Positions 35,145-44,999 of a stretch of 53,156 nucleotides of DNA are shown here, in pieces. The notes below the pieces were generated by a model. That model was not told the DNA's origin. It ran no database searches and saw nothing but the letters and a program-made list of their open reading frames with translations. The DNA comes from a virus (Duplodnaviria; Caudoviricetes), in the IMG/VR virus record IMGVR_UViG_3300025789_000006, positions 1 through 53,156 of that record, one strand, 5' to 3'. Position 1 is the first letter of the stretch, and the number at the start of each line of letters is the position of its first letter. The position numbers were made by a program, and so were the translations under genes.

Positions 35145-35350
35145 AGATCACCCCTCCTTATGGCCCTCAAAACTCGATCTGCGGTATCTTTCAAAGTGCC
35201 AAGAAGTGCAACACTTGCTCTGATAGAGCATGCATCACGCTCATGCTGTGCTACCAGTTTGGCAAAGCGTTTAAGTGCTTTTGGATGCGTTGCTAAACAA
35301 CTTGGTAAGTTTGCCTCTCTAGCCATCTCAATAATTTGTTCGTCAGTCAT
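35141..35350 (-). CDS. Hypothetical protein
   Basis: MTDEQIIEMAREA...RFAKLVAQHERDAC, a common phage accessory module. Confidence 0.65.
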   Translation of the reverse strand: MTDEQIIEMAREANLPSCLATHPKALKRFAKLVAQHERDACSIRASVALLGTLKDTADRVLRAIRRGDL

Positions 35351-35535
35351 TCTCCGCTACCTCCGTATGACTGGTAGGTGTAGGTGGTCTGCTTCAGCAT
35401 CAACTTGAGATTTTTCTTGAACAGTCGAAGCTCGGCAAGTCTGATCTTGTCCTTGAGCTCGTGGTGAAGCTTGATTCTGGTTAAGAGTGCCGCCTCACGG
35501 TTGGCAATCAATGCGTCAATGGTTTTTGCTTTCAT
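35347..35535 (-). CDS. Hypothetical protein
   Basis: 62 aa, ATGA-coupled. Confidence 0.55.
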   Translation of the reverse strand: MKAKTIDALIANREAALLTRIKLHHELKDKIRLAELRLFKKNLKLMLKQTTYTYQSYGGSGE

Positions 35536-35810
35536 TTCAAGTACTCCTCTTCAATCTCTAAAGCTCGTTTGAGAACAATGTCTAATGTCGATCCACACAC
35601 CTTGTGAAAACCAACAGGTGTATCTGGATACCACTGCAACTCCCACAGTTCATCGGTGTCGATGCACTTTTGTTTGTCCTCAGGCGAAACCCAATAATGC
35701 TCATCATCAACAGATGGGTGATATCCGACTCTTTCTGCCACCGTCTCGTAGTAGTCCTTGTGCTCGTTGTGAGTCAAGTACAGGCCCGCTTTGTGTTTTG
35801 GAAAAATCAT
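35532..35810 (-). CDS. Hypothetical protein
   Basis: Start MIFPKHK, ATGA-coupled to the helicase; LTHNEHK and WELQWYPDTPVG motifs. Confidence 0.7.
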   Translation of the reverse strand: MIFPKHKAGLYLTHNEHKDYYETVAERVGYHPSVDDEHYWVSPEDKQKCIDTDELWELQWYPDTPVGFHKVCGSTLDIVLKRALEIEEEYLK

Positions 35811-37333
35811 CGTCCTGCTCCTTTTTTCCATGCAATGTTCATCTGTTGAATCTTGTTGTACACATTCCTGTTGATCTCGACCATCGGGGCATTACTGAAT
35901 GCCCACTTCGATTCTTGGCCTGTGATCTGCCGGTATAAGTGCCATGCCCTGCCTGACTGCGCGTCTGCCTTGCTGTGAATCCGCGCATACGAACACAGTT
36001 GATGCCACAAGTGTTCGGCGTTGTCTGCGAGTTTCTTTTTGTTCTTGCCTTCACCGATGAAGATTTCCTTCATGTGGCCCGGCACCGCGTCGCTGATCTC
36101 ACGGCTCACGCGCTCGTAACCGCAAGCCATGCACCGCTTGTGGAAAGGTGTGTAGCCACACTTCGGACAGCCCTTGGTATCGAACTCCTCCTTCGTGCGC
36201 ACTGTCTTGTCGAGCTTCTCGCCATCGTCGAGCTTCTCCAACCCGTTGAAGTAGATGTCGTTGAAGTCTTCAAAGAACCGGATGATGTTGCCGCTGAAGT
36301 CGAGCAGGTGGCAATCCTTCTTGCCTGTCTCAGGCGAGCTCCGCAGGCCACGGCCCCACATCTGAATCGCAGTCGAGAGTGACTTGCGCAATGGGCGCGC
36401 ATCGCAGATACAGCCAACATCAGGCACATCAAAGCCCTTTGCGAGGGCCTCCACGCTGATCAACACGCGCAGGTAGGTGTCAGGCTTGCGGTACTCCTTC
36501 AAGAGTTCCTCGCGCTCGCGCTCCTTCGTCTCAGAGGTGAACATCGCCGCCATGATGCCTTGGGCAATGAACTGCCTGCAGAGCTCTTCACAGTGGGCGA
36601 TGGTGGCCCCAAACACGATGGTCTTACGGTTGTCGCCGAACTTGATCCAGTCGTTGACCACATCACCTACGATCTTGAGCTCGCGCTCCTCAGCCGCCTT
36701 GTCTGTCCACTCGCCACCTTTGACCTCTGCGCCGGTCATATCGGGCTTTTGGCACGAGAAAATCCGCATGGGCACCAGAGTACCCTCCTGCGTGAGATCG
36801 TTCATCGTGGTTGCATTTACCAAGTTGGTAAAGATTTTTCCAAGGCCCGGCGTGAAGGGCGTGGCAGACAGGCCAATGACCGTTGCGTTTGTTGCTTTTG
36901 CAAACTCAGTCCATGCCTTGTATGTGGTGTGCGCTTCATCGACCACCAACACATCCATTTGAGGCCAGAACGCGCGCTTGGCGACGGTCTGCACACTGGC
37001 AATTTGGAAGAGCTCACTTGGCCTGCGGCGCCAATGGTTGGCTTGAATGACGCCATGGTTGTACATGCCGTAGCGGTCAGCCACCGCAGAGGTTTGGTTG
37101 ATCAGCGTGGTGCGGTCACACAGGAACACAGCGCGCTTGCCCTTTTGGATTGCTTCATTACAAATTCGTAATCCAAGGTAAGTCTTACCGGCCCCTGTGG
37201 GCGCCATGATCAACTGGTTTTTATGTCCCTCACGAAACCCTTGGCGCAGGGCTTCATGGGCATCAATTTGGAATTGACGAGGGGTTGGGAATCCATCATC
37301 ACGCCCACTTGGCGCTAGGAGTTTTGAGGTCAT
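35807..37333 (-). CDS. Superfamily 2 (DExH) helicase with C-terminal Zn ribbon
   Basis: APTGAGKT, DEAH, SATP, GFDVPD, QMWGRGLR and CPKC...CMAC. Confidence 0.93.
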   Translation of the reverse strand: MTSKLLAPSGRDDGFPTPRQFQIDAHEALRQGFREGHKNQLIMAPTGAGKTYLGLRICNEAIQKGKRAVFLCDRTTLINQTSAVADRYGMYNHGVIQANHWRRRPSELFQIASVQTVAKRAFWPQMDVLVVDEAHTTYKAWTEFAKATNATVIGLSATPFTPGLGKIFTNLVNATTMNDLTQEGTLVPMRIFSCQKPDMTGAEVKGGEWTDKAAEERELKIVGDVVNDWIKFGDNRKTIVFGATIAHCEELCRQFIAQGIMAAMFTSETKEREREELLKEYRKPDTYLRVLISVEALAKGFDVPDVGCICDARPLRKSLSTAIQMWGRGLRSSPETGKKDCHLLDFSGNIIRFFEDFNDIYFNGLEKLDDGEKLDKTVRTKEEFDTKGCPKCGYTPFHKRCMACGYERVSREISDAVPGHMKEIFIGEGKNKKKLADNAEHLWHQLCSYARIHSKADAQSGRAWHLYRQITGQESKWAFSNAPMVEINRNVYNKIQQMNIAWKKGAGR

Positions 37334-38133
37334 TTTTTGGCTTTCAGTTTGTCATTTTCTTTTTGAAGTTTCTTGACCATTTTCACGGCCTCGTTGCGCT
37401 CATTCATGAGTCCATGAAGGCGTGTCTCTAGTTGAGCATTCAAGTAGTTCAGGCGCTTGATTTCTTCGTGTGCTGTCGCCAGTGCATCGTCTGAGTCCAA
37501 GAGCTTGTACATGGCCTCTTGGTCAGCAATCAGCGCCAACTCTGCCGCCTTGATTTCCTCGTCTGAGGGCGCCTCACCGGCGTAGGGATTTTCCCTATCT
37601 GTTGGTTTTTCACTACTAATTAAATTAGTATTTTGTTTCTCTTGAATCTTCTTCTCGAAGTGCTTCTTGACGCTCTCTGCCTGCTTCTTTTTGCGCTCTG
37701 GGTCACGCACTGAAGCCACAAAGGGCTGAGATACCACGCAGATTTTGGCGATCTCGTAGTTGCTCTTGTCCTTGAGCAGTGGGTTGTTAATGGCGTTCTC
37801 AACACTGCGCTCTTTGTCGGCCCGTGTGCGAGCTCTACCGTGTTTGCCGTTGGCGCCGTATGAGTCCACTTGGGCATCAAACTGCGAGCCGGGCAAATAG
37901 TTGACATTGATTTCCTTCACGCCAAGTTGCTTGTACGCAAGGTAGCGATGGAAGCCATCTGATAGCCAGTGGTGCGAACCGTCAAAGCGTGTCTCAATCG
38001 GGTCGTACTCCATGTCATTCTTCAGATCGTCAACGATCTTCTGAATCCAGTTGGCGTCCATCTCTACTCTTGATTGGGTGTCTCCATCGATCCTCACGGT
38101 GTTGATGGGTACCAATTTCAGCGTTCTTTTCAT
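37330..38133 (-). CDS. ParB-like N-terminal domain protein with HTH and coiled coil
   Basis: LSDGFHRYLA ParB/Srx motif, NGKHG, and SNYEIAKICVVSQPFV HTH. Confidence 0.8.
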   Translation of the reverse strand: MKRTLKLVPINTVRIDGDTQSRVEMDANWIQKIVDDLKNDMEYDPIETRFDGSHHWLSDGFHRYLAYKQLGVKEINVNYLPGSQFDAQVDSYGANGKHGRARTRADKERSVENAINNPLLKDKSNYEIAKICVVSQPFVASVRDPERKKKQAESVKKHFEKKIQEKQNTNLISSEKPTDRENPYAGEAPSDEEIKAAELALIADQEAMYKLLDSDDALATAHEEIKRLNYLNAQLETRLHGLMNERNEAVKMVKKLQKENDKLKAKK

Positions 38134-38152
38134 TCACATCTCCTGTTAAATT

Positions 38153-38353
38153 TCAGTCAAATAAATCGGGGCGTAGTTCTTTTGCTGTGACCAGTCCTTG
38201 CGTTGCCTTCTCGATCTTCTTTGCCAACTCTGCTGAAGGTCGGCGAGCTTTCCTCAATAACAATCCCAACCATGTTGGGGTGATGCCGAGGTACTCAGCC
38301 ATCTCTTTCTTGGCCCCGTAGGGCTCTTCCTCGAAATATTTTTTTAGGTTCAT
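38153..38353 (-). CDS. Cro/YdaS-like HTH regulator
   Basis: MAEYLGITPTWL...IEKATQGLVTAKELRPD; first gene of the leftward operon. Confidence 0.8.
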   Translation of the reverse strand: MNLKKYFEEEPYGAKKEMAEYLGITPTWLGLLLRKARRPSAELAKKIEKATQGLVTAKELRPDLFD

Positions 38354-38371
38354 AGAACTCCTTTCTGAAAC

Positions 38372-38413
38372 TCTAACAAATAGTCTAACACAAAATTAGA
38401 TTTGTGGTATAGT
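38372..38413. promoter_or_regulatory. Divergent control region
   Basis: TCTAAC half-site, TCTAAC-ACAAA-ATTAGA at 38384-38400, and a plus-strand extended -10 TGGTATAGT. Confidence 0.65.
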
Positions 38414-38472
38414 CTTTTCACGGCACAGTCGCCGGGTAAAGGTCAGTAAGACCGTTTTTCAAGGAGTAAGAG

Positions 38473-39132
38473 ATGAGCTTTTATGTAGAAGACAAGGGTG
38501 GGAATTTCGAGCGAAGCCCTCCCGGTATGCACTTAGCAAGGTGCTACCGAATCGTGGACTTGGGCACACAAAAGTCCGAGTATATGGGTCAAACCAAGTA
38601 CCTCCACAAGATCATGATCGGGTGGGAACTTCACGGTGTAGACGACAGTGGCAAACCCCTCAAGATGATAGACGGGCGCCCCTTTGCAATCTTCAAAAAC
38701 TATACGCTTAGTTGGTCTGAGAAAGCAAATCTTCGCCTTGATCTACAGTCATGGCGCGGTAAGCCCTTCAGCCAAGAAGAGATGCGCAAGTTTGACCTAA
38801 AGAATGTTTTGGGTGCATGGTGCATGCTCAATGTGATCGAGCGCCAAGGTCAGAATGGCAACACCTACTCCAATGTGGACAGCGTGTCGCCAGTGCCCAC
38901 CATCATCAAGCAAAACGGCCTGCCAAATCCGGTCAACAAGAACGAGATGTTCAATCTGCAGGAGCCTGACTGGGTTCTGTTTGAAACATTCAGCGACAAC
39001 CTGAAACAAAAGATCATCAACTCGCCAGAGTTTGAAAAGGTCAAGAAGGCCGCTGACTACCAGAAGGACGCAAACGCTGAGGCCAACTCACCGAAGCCTG
39101 CGTTCGACGAAGACGACGACATCCCTTTCTGA
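38473..39132 (+). CDS. Single-stranded DNA-binding protein (phage type)
   Basis: ARCYRIVDLGTQ OB-like N-terminus and acidic DEDDDIPF tail. Confidence 0.8.
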   Translation: MSFYVEDKGGNFERSPPGMHLARCYRIVDLGTQKSEYMGQTKYLHKIMIGWELHGVDDSGKPLKMIDGRPFAIFKNYTLSWSEKANLRLDLQSWRGKPFSQEEMRKFDLKNVLGAWCMLNVIERQGQNGNTYSNVDSVSPVPTIIKQNGLPNPVNKNEMFNLQEPDWVLFETFSDNLKQKIINSPEFEKVKKAADYQKDANAEANSPKPAFDEDDDIPF

Positions 39133-39134
39133 TC

Positions 39135-40331
39135 ATGAAACAAGTCATTCAAGAAGAGGGCTCGCGCCCAATCAAAATTTGGACTGACGATGTAGAAGGA
39201 GAGGCGCTAACTCAACTTAAGAATTTGGCGCGTCTACCTTTTATCAACCATCATGGCGTGGTTTGCATGCCTGATGTTCATGCAGGAAAAGGCTCTACCG
39301 TGGGCACTGTTATTGCCACCGAGAAAGCCATCATTCCTGCGGCTGTAGGTGTTGACATTGGTTGTGGCATGAATGCTGTCAGAACCTCATTAAAAGCTTC
39401 CGACTTGCCCGAATCCTTGAAAGATATTCGCGCCCAAATTGAGCGCGACATCCCGCTGGGTGCAGGTGGTCGTTTACAGCGAGATGAAGAGGTCAACAAT
39501 CGGTTAGGTCGCCTTCCTAAAACATCATTCAATCTTTGCGAAAACCTCAACGAGATTGCCGGTGATTACTGGAAAAAAGCCGCGCCCCAACTTGGCACAC
39601 TTGGATCAGGCAATCATTTCATTGAACTTTGCATTGATGAGAATCAAGATGTGTGGGTCATGCTTCACTCTGGCTCTCGTGGCATTGGCAACATGATTGG
39701 GTCGCACTACATCGAAAAAGCCAAGCGTCAAATGGAAAAATTCTTTATCAGCTTGCCTGATTCAGACTTGGCCTATTTGCCTGAGGACACTGAAGATTTC
39801 AATGACTACATGGAAGCCGTTCAGTGGGCGCAAGACTATGCTTTGGAAAATCGAAAGTTGATGATGGAAGTTGTTTTGGTAGCGCTCAAAAAGCATATTC
39901 CAAAAGAATTCACGATTACCCAAGAGGCGATCAATTGCCATCACAACTATGTCGAAAAGGAGCATCACTTTGGACGAAATCTCTGGGTTACCCGTAAAGG
40001 AGCTATTCGTGCGAGATCAGGAGACTTGGGAATTATTCCGGGTTCTATGGGTCAAAAATCGTATATTGTCCGTGGAAAAGGTGAGCTTCAATCCTATTGT
40101 TCTTGTTCGCATGGGGCAGGACGCAGTATGTCCAGAGCTGAGGCTAAAAGGCGTTTCAGCATTGATGACCTCATCAAGCAAACCGAAGGTGTCGAGTGCC
40201 GCAAAGATGCGTCAGTTATTGACGAAATTCCTAGTAGCTACAAAGACATTGATCAAGTCATGGCGAACCAAACAGACTTAGTCGAAGTGGTTCATATTCT
40301 CAAACAAGTCATGTGCGTCAAAGGAGCATAA
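39135..40331 (+). CDS. rtcB: RtcB RNA 3'-phosphate/5'-OH ligase
   Basis: MPDVHAGKG, VGVDIGCG, GTLGSGNHFIE, HSGSRG, CHHN, RKGA, IPGSMG and SCSHGAGR all present. Confidence 0.96.
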   Translation: MKQVIQEEGSRPIKIWTDDVEGEALTQLKNLARLPFINHHGVVCMPDVHAGKGSTVGTVIATEKAIIPAAVGVDIGCGMNAVRTSLKASDLPESLKDIRAQIERDIPLGAGGRLQRDEEVNNRLGRLPKTSFNLCENLNEIAGDYWKKAAPQLGTLGSGNHFIELCIDENQDVWVMLHSGSRGIGNMIGSHYIEKAKRQMEKFFISLPDSDLAYLPEDTEDFNDYMEAVQWAQDYALENRKLMMEVVLVALKKHIPKEFTITQEAINCHHNYVEKEHHFGRNLWVTRKGAIRARSGDLGIIPGSMGQKSYIVRGKGELQSYCSCSHGAGRSMSRAEAKRRFSIDDLIKQTEGVECRKDASVIDEIPSSYKDIDQVMANQTDLVEVVHILKQVMCVKGA

Positions 40332-41126
40332 ATGACAACAATCATCGCAAGATCAGCAGAGAGTGTTCACTGGTACAAAGCCGAAGACGGCGCACCACAG
40401 TACACCGTAAAAGCAAAGGATGGCTCAGACCGTCCCACGACCCTCAGGGACGCGCGAAAGATGAACTTGGTACCTTCGGTCACCACCGTTCTGAAAATCG
40501 CCGCAAAGCCCGGTTTGGAGGTCTGGAAGCAGGAGCAAATGCTTCTCGCCGCCCTTACCCTGCCGCGCAAACCTGAAGAGTCTGAGAAGGACTTCATCGC
40601 CCGTATCGTTGCCGACTCAAAAGAGACAGGCAAGCAAGCGGCTGAACTGGGCACACGCATCCATGAATCCATCGAGGCATGGTACGAGGGTGTGCGTGGT
40701 GACATCTTTCACCGTGAGATTGCTGAGGCGTTTGAAGAAAAAGTCTTCATCCACTTTGGCACTCACCCACACCAACCATGGCTCACAGAGCGGTCTTTTG
40801 CAAGCCCTCTGGGGTATGGCGGCAAGATCGACTTGTACTGCAAGCCGGATCAGCATGCGCCCACCGGCATCGTACTTGACGCCAAGTCAAAAGACTTTGA
40901 TGAGGACGACAAGGTCGAGGCATACGATGAGCACCTGCTACAGCTTGCGGCCTACCGCCATGGTTTGGGACTGCCTCACGCTCGTTGCGCCAATGTCTTC
41001 GCATCACGCACTAAACCCGGTCTGATCAAGATCGTGGAATGGTCTGAGGAAGACTTGACGCGCGGGTGGGAAATGTTCAAGTGCCTGTTGCAATACTGGC
41101 AACTCAAAAATCAATTTGGAGTATGA
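40332..41126 (+). CDS. PD-(D/E)XK exonuclease (RecB/Cas4-like)
   Basis: PSVTTVL, GTRIH, E...GKID...DAKS and QLAAY. Confidence 0.85.
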   Translation: MTTIIARSAESVHWYKAEDGAPQYTVKAKDGSDRPTTLRDARKMNLVPSVTTVLKIAAKPGLEVWKQEQMLLAALTLPRKPEESEKDFIARIVADSKETGKQAAELGTRIHESIEAWYEGVRGDIFHREIAEAFEEKVFIHFGTHPHQPWLTERSFASPLGYGGKIDLYCKPDQHAPTGIVLDAKSKDFDEDDKVEAYDEHLLQLAAYRHGLGLPHARCANVFASRTKPGLIKIVEWSEEDLTRGWEMFKCLLQYWQLKNQFGV

Positions 41127-41350
41127 AAATGAAGGAAAGAATCTATCTCGTCACCGGCAACAACCAAACCGCTTTGGTCAATGCACCAAGCCGTCAAAGT
41201 GCCGTTGCGTTTATTGCGAATAGCCAATTCACCGCTGAGGTTGCATCTCAGATGGACTTGGTCAAATTGCTGACCGCCGGTATGAAAGTGCAACAGGCGC
41301 GTCAGGCCAACCAAGAACTCGACTTTGAAGGGGAAGAAGATGCTAAGTAA
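41123..41350 (+). CDS. Hypothetical protein
   Basis: ATGA-coupled to the exonuclease. Confidence 0.65.
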   Translation: MKMKERIYLVTGNNQTALVNAPSRQSAVAFIANSQFTAEVASQMDLVKLLTAGMKVQQARQANQELDFEGEEDAK

Positions 41351-41588
41351 AAAAGAGGTCAACAAGATATTCCACGAGGTTCAACTTGAGGACAACTACA
41401 ACTTCCTCGAAGACGACCTGCATAAGCTTGCAAACGCCTTTGTGCGCGCCGCTCGCCCTGCCATCATGAAGGAAGAGCTCGCGACCTGCGCAGAAATCGT
41501 GGGCCACTTAAACCCCAATGTGGGCGCCAAGCTCCTTGAGGTGCGTGTGCCTGTAATCAAAGGTTTGGAGGCCAACCCATGCGCATGA
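41340..41588 (+). CDS. Hypothetical protein
   Basis: Start MLSKKEV, overlapping the previous stop region. Confidence 0.6.
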   Translation: MLSKKEVNKIFHEVQLEDNYNFLEDDLHKLANAFVRAARPAIMKEELATCAEIVGHLNPNVGAKLLEVRVPVIKGLEANPCA

Positions 41589-41654
41589 TCTTCAACTTCA
41601 TTTTTGTGATGGGTTTGATCGTCCTATTCGCCAATTACTTCGTCTGGTTTAAGT

Positions 41655-41685
41655 AAAAAACGCCCCCCACTGAAGGGGGGCAAAA
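41655..41685. terminator. Terminator between convergent operons
   Basis: GCCCCCC-ACTGAA-GGGGGGC stem flanked by A tracts. Confidence 0.7.
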
Positions 41686-41716
41686 CACTGAGGGAGATGA
41701 TCTCAGCGTGAAGGAA

Positions 41717-43036
41717 CTACTTAGTCCAAGAGTCTGGTAAATGGCTCGCGCCCCACTTCTTGATTTCGGGCCAATTCTCATAAACATCATGCGCAAGGAC
41801 ACCGGCACCGGCTAACCCACCGGCAACGGCTGTCCCTGCCGCAATCTCAGGTGCCATAAGACCTGCCGCCGCAACCATAGGAGCGGCTTGTGCAAGACCG
41901 CCAAGCCCACTTACAGCGTGTTTGATGGCTCCAGTGGTGTCACCACCATGCCAAGCATCAGCGGCTTGTCCAAACTCATATGGAGCCGCTAGAGCCGCCG
42001 CAGGGCCACCATACTTCCTGATCAAGCGTCCACCGCTTTCCACGATGTCGCCAAGCATGGAACCCTTCGTCGCAATATTCTCAAGTCTTTGAGCGTTTGC
42101 AGGATTCATCTCTGCCGTGTTGGCGTTAAGGTTGCCCGTCTGTTGGGCTGACTTGCCAGTCAATCGGCTGACTTCTTTGCCTGTTGCTTGTGCGTTAGCT
42201 TTGGCGGCTTCCAACCGTTGAGTTGCGGCGTCACGCTGAGGCTGAATCTTGATCTCGGCCTTTGCCTTGGCGTCAGCCACCTTTTGCTCATAGGCAAGTT
42301 TGTCAGCCTCGGCTTTGTCCAATGCGGCTTGTTTGCGCTCCATCTGAGCCTTTTGCGCCGCAGGGTCAAGGGCCAACCCAGTCTCTTTCTCTATCGCTGT
42401 GCCGGGGGCAATTTCCTGAGTACGCAAAGAAGCCGCTTCATTCGCAGGAATGACGACTTTTTGTGTGTGCGACATGCTTGGAGAAGTTTTGTCAAATTCG
42501 TTTGGAACAAACTTGCCTTCATAGTTTTCTACTCCGGGGCCACCCTCGTGGCTGAATTCCAATTTGACCGGCTCCTTGGGTGGAGGCTCAGGCAGATCGG
42601 CAGGATCAATGTTCTTGTTCAGAGCTTCTTCGCTGTGCCAAAACTTGTGACCCAGTTCAGCTTCTGCCAATTCAGCCTCATTGGGCGCATGGTTCAAGAT
42701 AGCTTGATCAAGCGCTTTGTTGGTGTTGCGCACATTGATTGCATTGTTGCGAGCCGCATCAGGAATCATCGTTGCCTGATTGATTTTGTGAGCGGCATAG
42801 CCTGCGGCGCCACCACCCAAAACCTCACCAATGCCGGGGCCACCGCTAGGCGCCTGTTGATCTACTTTGATGGTGCCATAGTTCATCTCAGGCAAGCCTT
42901 TATAGCCTGCATCTGCGTTTCCTTGAGGCTCTTTGCGCACAACCTCTTCATTAGGCGCTAAGGCTTTTTTTTCCTCGCCATCTGCAGGAGTTTCTGCTCC
43001 ATAAATATCATTTAAGCCTGAAGAATACTTACCCAT
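41717..43036 (-). CDS. Internal virion (ejection) protein
   Basis: 439 aa, Ala-rich helical, Cys-free, with Gly/Ala hydrophobic segments; last gene of the late operon. Confidence 0.6.
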   Translation of the reverse strand: MGKYSSGLNDIYGAETPADGEEKKALAPNEEVVRKEPQGNADAGYKGLPEMNYGTIKVDQQAPSGGPGIGEVLGGGAAGYAAHKINQATMIPDAARNNAINVRNTNKALDQAILNHAPNEAELAEAELGHKFWHSEEALNKNIDPADLPEPPPKEPVKLEFSHEGGPGVENYEGKFVPNEFDKTSPSMSHTQKVVIPANEAASLRTQEIAPGTAIEKETGLALDPAAQKAQMERKQAALDKAEADKLAYEQKVADAKAKAEIKIQPQRDAATQRLEAAKANAQATGKEVSRLTGKSAQQTGNLNANTAEMNPANAQRLENIATKGSMLGDIVESGGRLIRKYGGPAAALAAPYEFGQAADAWHGGDTTGAIKHAVSGLGGLAQAAPMVAAAGLMAPEIAAGTAVAGGLAGAGVLAHDVYENWPEIKKWGASHLPDSWTK

Positions 43037-44999
43037 TGTTTGCCCCCTTCTTCTTAGCGGCAGTTTGTTCTCTAAATTTCTTTACTTCGTTTTCAAGAGC
43101 TTGGTTATAGTCATCAATGATGGACTGTTGGCTTTTGGCGCGTGATGCGTCATACAAAGGCACAGGTGATTTGGAATCCAATACAAAATCAGGGTGAGTG
43201 TTGGTAATCAATTTTTGATGATCCAAATACAAATCACGGTTCATGCGTTGAGCCAGATTTGATTGACGAATATACAAACGCGCGGCGGCAGGTGAAGTCT
43301 CAGGATGAGCACTTGCATCAGCCAAAATACCTAGTTCAGCATTGCGAGCGGTGCTTGGGCTTACACCTGCTGATTTTTGATTGTTTAATGCCATCTGCGC
43401 TAAATTGCGATATACCTCTTGCGCAAAAGGAACTACCTCAGCAGGCAAAGAAGCTTGAGCAATTTTTTGCAAATTAACGCCGACTTGAGCATTGAAGTCT
43501 GCCAAATTCACATTCACGCCACCTTGAACCAATTGAGCCAAGCCAGACAATAATCCCTTACCGCCAAAAATACCCATGACTTGATCAAAGCGCGGGTCTT
43601 GTGCTTCAGACTCTAAGTTACTGATAGGGCGCATTACATTGGCATGCACTTGATTGCTTCCAGTAGCATTCAGGCCATCAGCATATGTTTTGCCTTGACC
43701 ATTCAAATAAGCTTGCGTTTCTTTAATACCGGCTTCTTGATTAGTGTAAGGATTGATGGGCGATGCATCACGCCAATTGGAAACAATCACCTCGCGCTTG
43801 CTTGGCTGTTTGGTGGTGTCTTCAGGCTTCTTGACTTGAGCAGTTTGTGCAGGAGCCTGAGCACCAGTTGTGTCGCGCTCCCAATGGTTGGGGTCGTACT
43901 GTGAGCTCTTGGGGTTTGTAGCCCATGCAGGCTGATGCCAACCCTTGTCGTCCAAAAGTTTTTTCTGATCGTCTGTAAGCTTTTTAGTGTCGATGTCCAT
44001 TGCATCGCCAGACAAGTGTTTGCCACCATTTGCGGCAACAGGCAAACCTTGCTTGGTGTACCAATTGCCATTTGCATCTTGGTGATCTTTCAGCGCATCT
44101 TGCTCTTCTTGAGTGCGGATGTTGCTGATGATTGGAACGCCTGCCTTGTGCAATGCATAGACATCTTCGCTTGCGCGCGCGCCGTTGGGCAACACATAAA
44201 TGTTCTTTGTTTGTGGCTGTGCTTGAGGGGCAGGAGCCGCAGGAGGTACAGCAGAAGGCAATGTGCGACCTGCGTTGTCACCGCCAATGTTGGCCTCAAT
44301 GCCGCCCTTATTGGGAACAACTGCACCTTGACCTTCTTGTGCATTGACAGTCGGGCCTTTATCGCCACCGGCAACATTGTCAGGAATAACGCCAGAGCCG
44401 CCACCGCCTGCACCGCCACCGGTGCCACTATTTGCACCAGTTGGGTATTTCCCTGTGTCTGGCAGGCCCATCTCATTGAGCGGAGGCATGGGCTCTCCAC
44501 GCGCTTGGTAGTTTTGCTTAGTGATTGCGATGTTGTTTGCAACTTCAGCGGCTCTGCCTGACTGGGATTTCAAGAGCATCTCACCGCGCTTGGGTGACAA
44601 GTTTGTAATCTCTTGAATTTCAGCAGGCGTGAGTTGACGGTTCTCTGTCTTTGCTTTGGTGACAATGTCTGCCGCTTTGGCTTCGTTGCCCAACAGCATG
44701 TTGGTCTGAGCTTTTGTGAGCTCCAGTTGGCTGACAGGAATTTGGTTTTGACGCTTCTCTTCAACCCAATCACCCAAGGCATCAGATGCACTACCCAAGG
44801 AGGCCACAAAACCGCCTAATTGGGGCTTGGCAAAGCCTGCCGCTACCTTGAACCAGTTTGGATGGTCATAGCGGTGCTGTAGGGCTTCTATGGCCTTGGA
44901 TTGGGCATCTCTGAGCTCCTGCAGGCGATCAGTATCCGCACCATACAAGTTGGTGTTTGACAAATCCATTGCCTTGGCTAAACCGCCGATATCTGCCAT
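43029..44999 (-). CDS. Internal virion (ejection) protein with M15-like peptidase domain
   Basis: Start MADIGGL; SNIRTQEEQDAL...KHLSGDAMD...DPNHWE. Confidence 0.7.
   Translation of the reverse strand: MADIGGLAKAMDLSNTNLYGADTDRLQELRDAQSKAIEALQHRYDHPNWFKVAAGFAKPQLGGFVASLGSASDALGDWVEEKRQNQIPVSQLELTKAQTNMLLGNEAKAADIVTKAKTENRQLTPAEIQEITNLSPKRGEMLLKSQSGRAAEVANNIAITKQNYQARGEPMPPLNEMGLPDTGKYPTGANSGTGGGAGGGGSGVIPDNVAGGDKGPTVNAQEGQGAVVPNKGGIEANIGGDNAGRTLPSAVPPAAPAPQAQPQTKNIYVLPNGARASEDVYALHKAGVPIISNIRTQEEQDALKDHQDANGNWYTKQGLPVAANGGKHLSGDAMDIDTKKLTDDQKKLLDDKGWHQPAWATNPKSSQYDPNHWERDTTGAQAPAQTAQVKKPEDTTKQPSKREVIVSNWRDASPINPYTNQEAGIKETQAYLNGQGKTYADGLNATGSNQVHANVMRPISNLESEAQDPRFDQVMGIFGGKGLLSGLAQLVQGGVNVNLADFNAQVGVNLQKIAQASLPAEVVPFAQEVYRNLAQMALNNQKSAGVSPSTARNAELGILADASAHPETSPAAARLYIRQSNLAQRMNRDLYLDHQKLITNTHPDFVLDSKSPVPLYDASRAKSQQSIIDDYNQALENEVKKFREQTAAKKKGANNG

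Noticed and set aside
40332-41126. Cas4 of a CRISPR system
   Set aside because: No array or other cas genes; lacks the four-Cys cluster pattern; ordinary SSB-exonuclease context.
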